Positions 13,560 through 25,156 of a stretch of 64,000 nucleotides of DNA are shown here, one piece after another. This DNA is from Octopus sinensis. Lineage: Eukaryota. Position 1 is the first letter of the stretch, and each line of letters opens with the position of its first letter. The DNA lies in the NCBI RefSeq assembly GCF_006345805.1, contig NC_043005.1:102610001-102674000 (forward strand), read 5' to 3'. The position numbers were made by a program, and so were the translations under genes. The notes below the pieces were generated by a model. The model ran no database searches, had not been told where the DNA came from, and worked only from the letters and a program-made list of their open reading frames with translations.

Positions 13560-14640
13560 AGATTGTAGAATGGGAGACTGTCCCACTTAAGGTGTGGCTC
13601 AGACAGCAAGAGGGGAGGACGGTGGTGTTAAGAACTTATTCGAAGGTTCTCGACACCATTACTATCTTATCCAAGCAGATGATTGAGCAGGAGTCGGCGG
13701 AACATGTGCCAACCATTAAGTATATCTCTAGGGGAGTCAAGCATGTAACGGGGTGGTTGCTGTTTGACACCCAGAGGAGGCTCGCAGTTTTGCGAGCCAG
13801 TTCATTGAGGCTATAGAAATGTTTCTTCCCACGTATTGTGGGAAAAAATCGACGAGGGCATGGGTTTGTGGTTTGCCACCCGGAATTGAACCCCAGTGGA
13901 TAGAGGATATTATCAGTCGGGTCTGTTGGGCAGCGGAGCCAGGCTCTTCAAAGTGAAAATTCTTCCAGCGGCTGATTGGTTTGGGTCAAAAACTGTTTGA
14001 CCCTGTGGACCCAATCAGGTATGAATCTGGTTATGCCAGAACTTTTTAAAATGGCGGGGTGCGAGTACCAGGTGATTCTTGAGTGTGCCTCCCCAGGTTT
14101 CATCAGTGCCTGTTGCCTGGCCATATAAAGGAAAACTGTCCTGAGGAACAAAGCAAAGTCCTAGAGCAGTCAATTGAAACCTCTGTAGAAGAGGGAACGA
14201 AGGCGGCTGAGGAGACGGAGGACTCCTCAGTGAAGGACCGCAAGAGGAAGAAGGTGAGCAACAATGGGTGCTCACCGAAGGATCCTGGGGATGAGGGAGG
14301 GGAGGTGAATATCCCGGTCACTAAGGAGACGCACCCTTCCTCAGTTGAAAGGAAAAAAAGAGGAAAAGAAAGGGGACATTGCCGGCAGTCGGTGATATAG
14401 CACCGGGATGTACCGGAACCTTGCAGGTAGGGGTTTTGCTACCGGCAGGTGAGAGACACCGTTGGGGAGAAGTGTGCCGCCAACGGTAGAAGTGACAACC
14501 TCGTACCCGGAGGAAGAGGAAATGTTAGTCTTCTTCTACAGAGGCGGAGAGGTAGAAGAGGTGGTGGAAAAGCACCTCTTCTTTTTAATATTCTCCCATT
14601 AATAGTAACCTTATCATGATTCACCTCAGCGATGATTTTG
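13560..14640 (+). pseudogene. Decayed gag-like ORF1 of a non-LTR retrotransposon (L1/Tx1- or I-like)
   Basis: Broken frames give an RRM-like TRAWVCGLPPGIEPQWIEDIIS, a degenerate zinc knuckle PRFHQCLLPGHIKENCP (first Cys replaced by Phe), then a charged low-complexity tail. GC is higher than the flanks. Clade is inferred. Confidence 0.6.
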
Positions 14641-14677
14641 TCCAGCCCGCAAGCTACTCTGTATCGTGCCTTTATGG

Positions 14678-15044
14678 CACATGTTTCAGAGTTCAGTTCC
14701 ACTACGTGGCACCTTGGGCAAGTGTTGTCTACTATAGCCATGGGCCAACCAAAGCATGGAGAGTGGATTTGGTAGACGGAAACTGAAAGAGGCTCGTCGT
14801 ATATATGTATGTATGTGTGTATCTGTTTGTGTGACTTTGTTTTCCCCCCAACATCGTTTGACAACCGATGCTGGTGTGTTTACCTTCCCGTAACTTAACA
14901 GTTCCGTAAAAGAGACAGATAGAATAAGTACTAAACTTACTAACAATAAGTCCTGTGGTCGATTTTGCTCGACCAAAGACGGTGCTTCAGCATAGCCATA
15001 GTCACTTAACTGAAACAAATGAAAGAAGAAGAAACAAAAGAATA
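14678..15044 (+). mobile_element. Family A SINE, 5' head partly missing
   Basis: gagttcagttccactacgtggcaccttgggcaagtgttgtctactatagcc...aaacaaaagaata; homologous to 1446-1850. Confidence 0.85.
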
Positions 15045-17445
15045 TCCATACCTATACGTTACAGTGGAAAAAACCCTTCTTTCAGACCATGACATGGTTC
15101 TCTGTAACATGAAATTCCACCAGCCGAAAGCTAATCCTAGTGACCTTCCTCCAGCCCACCCATTTGACAACATGGATCTCCATAAAGCCAACTGGGATGC
15201 AATCAGGAACGAGCTATCAAATGTTGACTGGTCCTTTACACATACACACATCTCCACCAACCATAAAACATCTTGGCAGATCTTTGTAGACACCGTCACA
15301 GACATATGTGCAAAACACTCCCCACCAAGACCTGTGAACAAAAAGTGCAGAATCCCCCAAAACAGAAAAACCATTATCAGAAAAATAAAAAGAACAAACA
15401 AAAAAATTAACAAACTAAAGTACTGCCAACAGCAACACACACATTCGACGGCTATCGCACTGCTTGAATCCAAAAAATATAACCTCCAACAATGCATGAA
15501 GACCCTCATCAATAACCAAAGATCAGCTGAGGAGAAGTGGGCCATTGAAAAAATCAAACTCAACCCCAAAGTGTTCTTTTCATTTGCGAGGAAACGCAGG
15601 GTCACTGTCTCCACTGTAGGCCCTCTAATTGACGAAACTGGCACTCTCCAAGATAATGCCAAATCCATGGCCGAGATACTGCAGAAACAATACTGCTCTG
15701 TTTTCAGCAATCCTGATATGGCTGATCTGGGCTGTATCAGTGATGTCAACCCCCAACACACTATATCGGACATAACGTTTAGTGCCCCTGATGTCTTTGC
15801 GGCGATAAACGAAATAAAACACAATTCAGCAGTAGGCCCCGATAGGTTCCCTGCTTGTGTCCTGAAGGTGTGTCGACACCAACTTGCATCTCCCCTTGCT
15901 AATCTGTGGAGAAACTCACTGGATGCTGGCTATATTCCAAAAAACCTTCTGTCCCAGTCTGTTGTCCCAGTTTTCAAAAAGGGAAACAAGTCCCTTGCAG
16001 TGAATTACCGTCCGATCTCACTCACCTCTCATATCATCAAGGTATTTGAGAGGGTGGTGAGATCTCGAATAACCCAATTTCTGGAAAGCAACAGACGGCT
16101 GATCTCCAACCAACATGGGTTCCGTAATGGAAGGGACTGCCTAACGCAGCTCCTGCATCACTTTGAGGACATTTTGAGAGCTTTGGGAGAGGGCTCCAAC
16201 ACCGATGTCATCTACCTTGATTTCAGTAAGGCCTTCGACAGGGTCGATCACTAGATCCTATTGAAAAACCTATCCAACATTGGTGTCTCTGGAAAGTTAC
16301 TGAAATGGATTAAGTGTTTCCTGACAGACGGATCTCAACATGTTGTAGTTGAAGGGGTAAAATCAAGCCCAGCCAAAGTCAGTAGTGGCGTTCCGCAAGG
16401 CACTGTGCTGGGCCCACTTCTTTTCATCATTTACATTAATGACATTAATGACATCATCAAGCACAGCAACATAAAAATCTTTGCAGATGACTCCAAGCTA
16501 CAGAAGGTCATAAATGAGGCGAGTGACCCGACATGCCTTCAGTCAGATCTACTGGCTGTTATCCAATGGGCAGAAAAAAACAATATGCTGCTGAACGAGG
16601 ATAAATTTGAGCTAATCCACTTTGGAAAAGAGGATGCCCTGAAACTCCCATACTCCCTTCCTTCAGGTGAAACTCTCGCGGCGTCCAACAACATCAGAGA
16701 CTTGGGAGTAATTGTGGACAACAACGTAAGCTGGGCCACTCATATAAACACCAAAGTTGACATGGCCCGCAGAATGTGTTCCTGGATTCTCAGAACTTTC
16801 CAGTCGAGAGATATCCACACCATTATCCTTCTCTTCTCCACTTTTGCCCGACCCCACCTTGAATACTGTTGTCCACTGTGGTCTCCCCACACAATACAAG
16901 GTATCATAAAATTTGAAGCACCTCAAAGGGCAATCACAAAAAAGATAGATGGCATGACAGGCCTCGACTATTGGGGTCGGCTAGAAAAGCTAAAACTCTA
17001 TTCTCTCCAACGTCGTCGTGAGCGCTACATCATCTGCATGATGTGGAAAATATTCCATCAGCATTGCCCAAATGATGTTGGCATCACCTTTAAGGTACAT
17101 CCAAGGCTTGGGCCCCGTGCCATCCGCCCAAAACAAAAATCGCACTCTCATCTCATAACAACAATACGGCACAATTATTTCACCTCAATTGGCCCCGCTC
17201 TCTTTAACATTACACCAAAACACATTAAAACAGAAACTGACCCTATAGGGTTCAAGAAGTCTTTGGACAGATTCCTTCAAGAAATCTCGGATAAACCCCC
17301 TACACCCGGATATGTCTCTGTAAACAATAACTCTCTACTTGAGTGGGCCATAGTGCCCAAATTCTGACTTGAAAGACTTCACCAGGTGGTGCTATTAAGT
17401 TAGACATGGCCTGGGCCAATAATGGCCGAAACCTATCAAAGTATA
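15045..17445 (+). mobile_element. 5'-truncated CR1-clade LINE: ORF2 from end of endonuclease through RT, one in-frame stop
   Basis: SDH (end of APE domain), NYRPISLTS, QHGF, YLDFSKAFDRVDH, GVPQGTVLGP and FADD motifs. ORFs 15019-16254 and 16261-17367 share a frame, split only by TAG at 16252-54. Short 3' UTR runs into (TA)n. Confidence 0.95.
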
Positions 17446-17467
17446 TATACATAATGCATACACACGC

Positions 17468-17543
<76 letters not shown>

Positions 17544-17610
17544 TATATATGCATATATATGTAAATATGTGAGTATATATATATATATTATATATATATA
17601 TATATATATA

Positions 17611-17912
17611 TTTGTTGCGCAAATGTTAAGTCGTGTGTTGAAACAGATTTTGTTATATTTCGGAATGGTCATATTGCCAGTTTAGCCAATAAATGGCTGA
17701 CGGTTAGTAAGGAGAGACACAAAAAGAAAGAAGAAAACAAAGGACCACTGTTGCGGTCACAGTAGTGTGACGAGAGAACTCTAGCCGAAATAAATAAGAT
17801 TAAGATTAATGTAAAAAATAAATAACACTGAAGCAAAATAACACCAAATATGTAGTGCGGGTGTTTTTATTGGCTAAACTGGCAATATGACCATTCCGAA
17901 ATATAACAATAT

Positions 17913-17946
<34 letters not shown>

Positions 17947-18009
17947 AAAATATGTGTATATATATATGTATAAAAATCGCTACCCTTATTTATAACATGC
18001 ATATTTATG

Positions 18010-18063
<54 letters not shown>

Positions 18064-18350
18064 CGCAAATGTTAAGTCGTGTGTTGAAACAGATTTTGTT
18101 ATATTTCGGAATGGTCATATTGCCAGTTTAGCCAATAAATGGCTGACGGTTAGTAAGGAGAGACACAAAAAGAAAGAAGAAAACAAAGGACCACTGTTGC
18201 GGTCACAGTAGTGTGACGAGAGAACTCTAGCCGAAATAAATAAGATTAAGATTAATGTAAAAAATAAATAACACTGAAGCAAAATAACACCAAATATGTA
18301 GTGCGGGTGTTTTTATTGGCTAAACTGGCAATATGACCATTCCGAAATAT

Positions 18351-18389
<39 letters not shown>

Positions 18390-18442
18390 TGTGTATATAT
18401 ATATGTATAAAAATCGCTACCCTTATTTATAACATGCATATT

Positions 18443-18450
<8 letters not shown>
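17611..18450. repeat. Tandem duplication (offset 446 bp) of a Penelope-type foldback unit
   Basis: Units start at 17611 and 18057. Each has a perfect 44-bp inverted repeat (17650-17693/17866-17909) and a decayed hammerhead (CTGTTGC...GAGA). Same family as 33865-34125. Confidence 0.9.
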
Positions 18451-18517
<67 letters not shown>

Positions 18518-18721
18518 GAAAGATGAATAATCTTGTTGTAGATTAATCAAAAGTTAACCGATACCTTAGTAGCAAAAATCACAGCAGTAAACAGCACGGT
18601 TGGAGGTACAACCATCTGGCGTTGCAACCGTGCGTTGGTGCGGATAATTGAAATTAAAACATTATTGGTGAATTGAAGAAATGGAGCTGAACGCAGATTG
18701 AACAGAAATCGTTTTATTTCA

Positions 18722-18801
18722 TTCTACACGTGTTTCGAAAGGCACAAATTACCAAAATCCGATTGAATAATGGGACCATATTGTGTCTTTCTCTTCAGGA
18801 A
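18722..18801 (-). ncRNA. Type I hammerhead ribozyme (inverted pLTR copy)
   Basis: Reverse complement of 20646-20725: ttc CTGAAGA [stem II] GAAA cacgtg TA gaa. Confidence 0.75.
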
Positions 18802-20047
18802 GAAAAAAGGAAATCCGTTAGAGAAACAAAAACAGAACAGAACAGAGAAACAAAAACAGAACAGTAAGGACGGGAGCGCGGCGGATGCCGGGGTAGTCGC
18901 TCCCGCATTTAATTTAGCGAACAAGGATAATTATCGGTCCGGGAGGTCTTACACTAACCCAAGACCCGTTATATATCCGAGAATCACCCACCAGAGTGCG
19001 AGAGCTAGCGTCCCGACCCATCACACTGATAGGAATAAGCATATATGGTTTGTAATCCCCTTTGGTAAGCAGATTAGAACTAACCTCCCCCTCTTGTTTA
19101 GACAAGCCATCGCCAATAACTTCCCCAGAAATTCCAAATATTACTCCACGGTTAACTCACATAAAGTTAGGATAGCTTTCTCCAACACTAAAAACCTCGC
19201 CCAGATAATCGCCTCCCATAATAATAGGCTACTTACTAAGACCCTATCACCTTTTTCCGGAGGCACAGCCTCTTCCGCTCCCGGTTTAATGCTCAGTAGG
19301 AATAATTATAGTAGTAATAATGATATGAGAGCCAGTACAGTGACACATAATCTCAGCTCCAGCCAGGGAGTACCCACTAGGGGTATAGTTATAAATAGGG
19401 GTGTTGTGGTTGACGGTAACAATGGGAGTAGGGTAGAGAGCCCCAATAGCAACCCCAGCATCATTTCCCGCAATAGCAGCACCACGGGCACTAGCAATGA
19501 CAGTACTCTGATAGATAGTGGAGAATCAGGGGTTATTCCTATAGTTAATAGTGACGTAGTGGAAAATAGAGTAGTAAGCGGCTGCAGGTCTCGGAACGTA
19601 TATAGTGACAGGAACGCAGTTCTAATTTCAGAAACTAATCCTAGCAGATTAAGATTTACGTCGGCGAACTCCAAGATCAAAAACGCCGTCTACCAATGCA
19701 AGGTTTACACGGACTCAGATGTCTTCACTTATGTAGGGGCATCATCCTCAAGATTGTCTTTGCGTGTCTCCAATCATTACGCAACTTTTCGGGACGTGAA
19801 CAAGCGCCAGACCACGGGACTCAGTAAGCTAATATGGCGACTGAAGGATACGAACTTAAGCTACAGGCTGGAATGGTCAATTTTGTCGGTGGCCCTCCCA
19901 TTTGATAGGGGCAGAAGACAGTGTAACCTTTGTGTCTCCGAACTCTTCCATATTTTGTTTGCCAGAGGCCGGATGGTAAACGGGCTCTTACAGTCGGCTT
20001 TTCGATGCCCCCATTGGCGGCGTTACACTTATCTGGCTTTTAAATAG
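18770..20047 (+). CDS. C-terminal part of Penelope polyprotein: post-RT linker plus GIY-YIG endonuclease, uninterrupted 425-aa frame
   Basis: IWFVIPF...NNFP...KVRIAFSNTKNLAQIIASHN linker, then AVY(19685-93)...YVG(19730-38)...R...NH...LSKLIWRLK...LEWSIL...CNLCVSE. The first ~30 codons come from the inverted pLTR, so the ATG is probably fortuitous. No RT core. Confidence 0.8.
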   Translation: MGPYCVFLFRKKKGNPLEKQKQNRTEKQKQNSKDGSAADAGVVAPAFNLANKDNYRSGRSYTNPRPVIYPRITHQSARASVPTHHTDRNKHIWFVIPFGKQIRTNLPLLFRQAIANNFPRNSKYYSTVNSHKVRIAFSNTKNLAQIIASHNNRLLTKTLSPFSGGTASSAPGLMLSRNNYSSNNDMRASTVTHNLSSSQGVPTRGIVINRGVVVDGNNGSRVESPNSNPSIISRNSSTTGTSNDSTLIDSGESGVIPIVNSDVVENRVVSGCRSRNVYSDRNAVLISETNPSRLRFTSANSKIKNAVYQCKVYTDSDVFTYVGASSSRLSLRVSNHYATFRDVNKRQTTGLSKLIWRLKDTNLSYRLEWSILSVALPFDRGRRQCNLCVSELFHILFARGRMVNGLLQSAFRCPHWRRYTYLAFK

Positions 20048-20645
20048 CGTTTATAAATAATACCGGCACCCATAGCCCTTGGTAACAAATTCTGAAATAG
20101 CCTTTAAGATATCTACGATTATCCACTGCAAGGGGAATTACTCCTGTAAGACAAACGGGGCTTGGTTTTTTCACAGCGGGGGGTTTCCTTGACAAGGCAG
20201 GCTTAGATGAACACACACACACATAAAACATAATATATATATATTTTTTTCTTTCTGCCACCCAACGGTTATCACGGCAGTAGCCACTGACAGCCGAACG
20301 ATCAAACGCACACACGTACACAAAAAGTGTTTTCTACCCCTACGCCAACACACACATATATAGAACAGTATACACACACACACGTCTCTAAGTAGATTTT
20401 TTCTCGCCCCTTATAAAACATCCAATATTCCTTAAATAGTCAGAACTTTATTCTCGGTCACTAAGAACATCTATACACCCTCACCCACATGATTGACCGA
20501 TGCCTGACCTGTAGAATTCTTCAGCCACCGGTTCTCAGCATACACTGATAAACAGTTTCGCCATGGGCTCTTAGGAGCATAGTTCGATTTGGTTTTTGCT
20601 CCGCCTCTGTTCTGTTTTTGTTTCTCTAACGGATTTCCTTTTTTC

Positions 20646-20725
20646 TTCCTGAAGAGAAAGACACAATATGGTCCCATTATTCAATCGGATTTTGGTAATT
20701 TGTGCCTTTCGAAACACGTGTAGAA
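20646..20725 (+). ncRNA. Type I hammerhead ribozyme, canonical core, palindromic stem III
   Basis: ttc-CTGAAGA(20649-55)-gaaagacacaa...ttgtgcctttc (G10.1-C11.1 stem II)-GAAA(20711-14)-cacgtg-TA-gaa. Predicted GUA cleavage after 20722; stem I is only 3 bp. Confidence 0.8.
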
Positions 20726-20779
20726 TGAAATAAAACGATTTCTGTTCAATCTGCGTTCAGCTCCATTTCTTCAATTCAC

Positions 20780-20842
<63 letters not shown>

Positions 20843-21499
20843 AATATGTGTATATATATATGTATAAAAATCGCTACTCTTATTTATAACATGCATATTT
20901 ATGTATATATATATATACTCACACACACACATATATTTATATGTTTGTCCATACACCTGCTCGAACTTATTCAACGCTGCTACATTGGAAACTTACACTC
21001 AGATAACATTGAAACCTAACGAAAAGACCTGATTTAATGTATAGATATATCAGGCCTACTGGGAAACAGCGGAGAAATTCTATACAGACACAAAATTTCA
21101 CAATATATGCGATTATTGCATCAATTCCATAAGTGGCTAAATGATTACAATATAGCATTTGTTCTGATTAAAATACCGCTAGGTGGAATTAGACAAAATT
21201 GCTGACGGGACTGCGTATCCAAATCTCTGTGACAATAATAAATTTTCTAATATCATTCATGGAGATAGAAATCATTAGAATTCTCCACGTAAATCCCAAT
21301 AGTTCTGTTAACCCTGTTTGACTTCGGCAATTGATCATATTAATGATATTCTATTATAAAATGATTTATTAGCTTATATTCAACTATATATGCATAAGGA
21401 AGCATCAATTTCTACACATACACACGTATTTGCATATGCATTCACGCAAAGAATTTTACAGGCACAAAAGCACACGCATACACACACACATATACATAT

Positions 21500-21565
<66 letters not shown>

Positions 21566-21699
21566 CAGATAGAGAGATAGATATACAAATAGATACACAA
21601 GCGTATGTCTGTGTGCACGTATGTATGTGTGTATACATATATACACGCATATCTATCTATACATGCATATATATATATGTTTGTATATATATGTGTATT

Positions 21700-21764
<65 letters not shown>

Positions 21765-21767
<3 letters not shown>

Positions 21768-21785
21768 TAAATAGATAGATAGATT

Positions 21786-21880
<95 letters not shown>
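21765..21880. repeat. (GATA)n microsatellite
   Basis: Visible directly. Confidence 0.95.
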
Positions 21881-21881
<1 letters not shown>

Positions 21882-23024
21882 TGAGTGTATATATGTATAC
21901 ACACGTACATACGTACAGACAGACACACGTTTGTGTACCTATTTGTTATTCCCGAATTAATGTAAACACATACACGCACACATAACACACATAAAGGCAG
22001 TAATGCGAATGATTGTGGTGCACTACACAGATATGGATGGATGCACAGACAGATAGAGAGATAAATATATATATATATGAACTAACAGCATGTAGAATCT
22101 GGGGTAAAAAAAGGGTAAATCCTGTAAGGAAAATGTTGAAGTCTGATACAACATCACACTAACACCTTGGGGCAGTTTGTACCTTGTTTTCCGCGTTGAT
22201 CTCGAACTTAAAACTTCAAGGAAACAACATTTATTAGCGTTTAATAAAACAAATAGCTGCAACTTGCTTGATGGACTAGATTGGCGTCTTCCAATCGAAG
22301 TTATTTTGTGATATATCACCAAATAGTTTGCGATATATGGCTTAATTAATGACCAAATGTTAACATTTGACTGAACCCGTTATAAAATTTCGTATTTGAA
22401 ATATGATTTTGCAAACGAAGCAATAAGTTTTCTTATATTAGAACTGAAACAGGAGAATACTTGACGTTACCAAACCAACAAACCACAGTATATCAATAGT
22501 CTATGTTTGAACGTCATACCGAGCGAAGTTACACACAACTCAGCAATCTTTGCAATATGAACATGAAACGATGTTTCACCAACTCCAGACACATTTCCTG
22601 CGACTCGATGATAAAACTAAAATTAAGTTGCACAAAGTTTCTAAAATTTCATTGACTTAATAGTAAATGATATATAGATGAGAATGTACATTACATTCAA
22701 GTTACATAATACTTAATATAAGAACTAATATAATTCGATTATTTCCTAATATATAATTATTTATTCCAAGTAAATTTCCATCCAAATTTCTACATATAAG
22801 TAACAATAATTCTCACGGATCGATAAAATAAATAGCATATATTTTGTATAATTACATTTAATTAAGTACAACATCTATCTTTCTTATCACACTTTAGTTA
22901 TACAAAATAGGTTTAATAACTGTACACCAACCTCAGTTTAGAAGTGCTATATCACACTTATATACATGCGCATACATGCATACGCACGTACGTAGTACCA
23001 TCCCTCCATCGCGTCCTGCCTGCC

Positions 23025-23085
23025 TACCCACCTACCTAGCTACCTACCTACCTACCTACCTACCTACCTACCTACCTACTTACTT
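23025..23085. repeat. (CTAC)n microsatellite
   Basis: Visible directly. Confidence 0.9.
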
Positions 23086-23232
23086 ACATGCATACATATA
23101 TGTGTGCGTGTGTGTGTGTGTGTATACATATATAATTTATAATTATGTATATATACATACACACATGTATAAATATACGTCATCTCTTGGAAATTTGTCT
23201 CGAACCTCTCACTACATACATATAAACATACA

Positions 23233-23266
<34 letters not shown>

Positions 23267-23411
23267 CATACACACTCACACGCATATATATATATATATA
23301 TATATATATTATACATATATATATATAATTTATAATTATGCATATATACTTGCACACCCACACATGTTTAAATCTATATATAGCATCACTTGGAGATTTT
23401 TCTCAAAACTT

Positions 23412-23480
<69 letters not shown>

Positions 23481-24179
23481 AATACACGTATACATAGGTG
23501 CGTTGAGATACATATATGCATATGTTTGTAAGTGTGTGTATGTCTGAACACAAACGTAGAATGAACGAAGACAAATAAATTGCGGAGCCATGGCGGCAAA
23601 CTTTCGTGTGTTACGTAATAGTCGTTGAATTGACATTGTCGTCTCAGCGCCAATTCAAAACCTGCCTTTTAATTACTTCCAGCTCTTTAGATACTGAGGT
23701 CAAATCTTACCGAAGACAATCTTGTCCTTTATAACACAGTTTTGAATTAATAAAGATTTGATATAATGTAATTAAATGGACATGTTTTGATATTATTTTT
23801 GACAAAATAACTTACCGTATTTTCCCACTCTAGGGCTGAGGTAGGTTTGAAAAGGTTTGATGTATTTGATGTATCAAAGTAACCCTTATGTTGCTAAACA
23901 AAAACTAGTCGCAGAAAGGGGGAAATCGTTTTCGTAAACTTCAGTGAAAATTGAATGGAAAGCATTGTGCTCGCCCCCAAATAATTATGGTTCGTTTAGT
24001 TGACAGTGAAGTATGGCAAAATGAAATAGGGTTATGAATGTCATTGTACTTTTAAATTTACATTTACACGTTCGAATCTATAAACTCTGGATGGTGCCGG
24101 TCATGTTTTCCAGCGTAAATTCAGATTCTCTTTTAAATTATTTGATGTATCTCAGTAATTCTTTGCTTCCAATGGTATG

Positions 24180-24254
<75 letters not shown>

Positions 24255-24379
24255 CTATTATTTTTTTTTTCTTCTTTCAAATTTGCTTCCATTTCTTGCC
24301 GAGCGTCGTCCCGACTCTTAGGGCAAAGAAACTCACAGTATACATTGGTAGGTCATTAAACCAAACTCAATAGTTCGTT

Positions 24380-24959
24380 CATTTTTTTAATTATTTTTTT
24401 TTATTTTTAGGGTTAAATTAAAATACATGGGCAGTAACAGCTCTCACAGCGACAATGCTCTTCTCAATACGTGTGATGTACCAGTTAAGACAATCTTTTG
24501 CACTTCTTGCAGGGATGGTAAGCCAGGGATCATTCTCATATAATTTTCGGTTCCCTTCTTGATCATTCCTAGTGCTCCTACGATCACTGGTATTGTAACC
24601 GCCTTGAGATGCCACATTTTCTCAATTTCAATGAGCAGGTCTTTATATTTTCTGAGCTTGTGAAACTCTTTCGCCGAGATATTATGATCACAGGGGATGC
24701 TCATGTCGATCAATAAGCAAACTTTATTGTTTTTGTCTTTCACAACAATATCTGGTTTATTGGCTTTGATGGTTCGGTCTGTATGTACTGGAAAGTCCCA
24801 CAGAATCGTTACATTTTCTCCTTCAGTTACAGCTTCAGGGTGGTGATTATACCACTTGTCGGCAGTTTTGATATTGTAATGCCGATTTATTAGCCAGTGT
24901 AGATATTGGCCAACTCTGTCATGTCTTAATTTATACTCCACTCTTAATTTATACTCTAC
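24380..24959 (-). mobile_element. Short 5'-truncated R4/Dong-type retrotransposon (RLE domain only)
   Basis: ORF 24444-24941: RHDRVGQYLHW...LWDFPVHTD...KPDIVV...LIDMSIP...KYKDL...VIVGALG, the PD-(D/E)xK restriction-like endonuclease of R2-group elements. 5' end abuts (TAA)n. Confidence 0.9.
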
Positions 24960-25038
<79 letters not shown>

Positions 25039-25070
25039 CATTATTATTATTATTACTATTATTATTATTA

Positions 25071-25133
<63 letters not shown>

Positions 25134-25156
25134 TGTTATTATTATTATTATTATTC
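24960..25156. repeat. (ATT)n array between two Dong-type copies
   Basis: Visible directly. Confidence 0.95.

Larger units (their letters stand above)
18510..20786 (+). mobile_element. 5'-truncated Penelope-like element with inverted pLTR at its 5' junction
   Basis: GIY-YIG ORF on +. About 180-bp inverted repeat at 18663-18843 / 20607-20786, each arm holding a hammerhead motif. Embedded in (TA)n. Confidence 0.9.

Noticed and set aside
15006-15824. 272-aa minus-strand ORF
   Set aside because: Antisense shadow of the CR1 ORF2; no independent motifs.
19306-19680. Hydrophobic 124-aa minus-strand ORF
   Set aside because: Antisense of the S/N-rich PLE linker.
20471-20677. ORF sharing its N-terminus with the 425-aa ORF
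   Set aside because: A consequence of the inverted pLTR, not a gene duplication.
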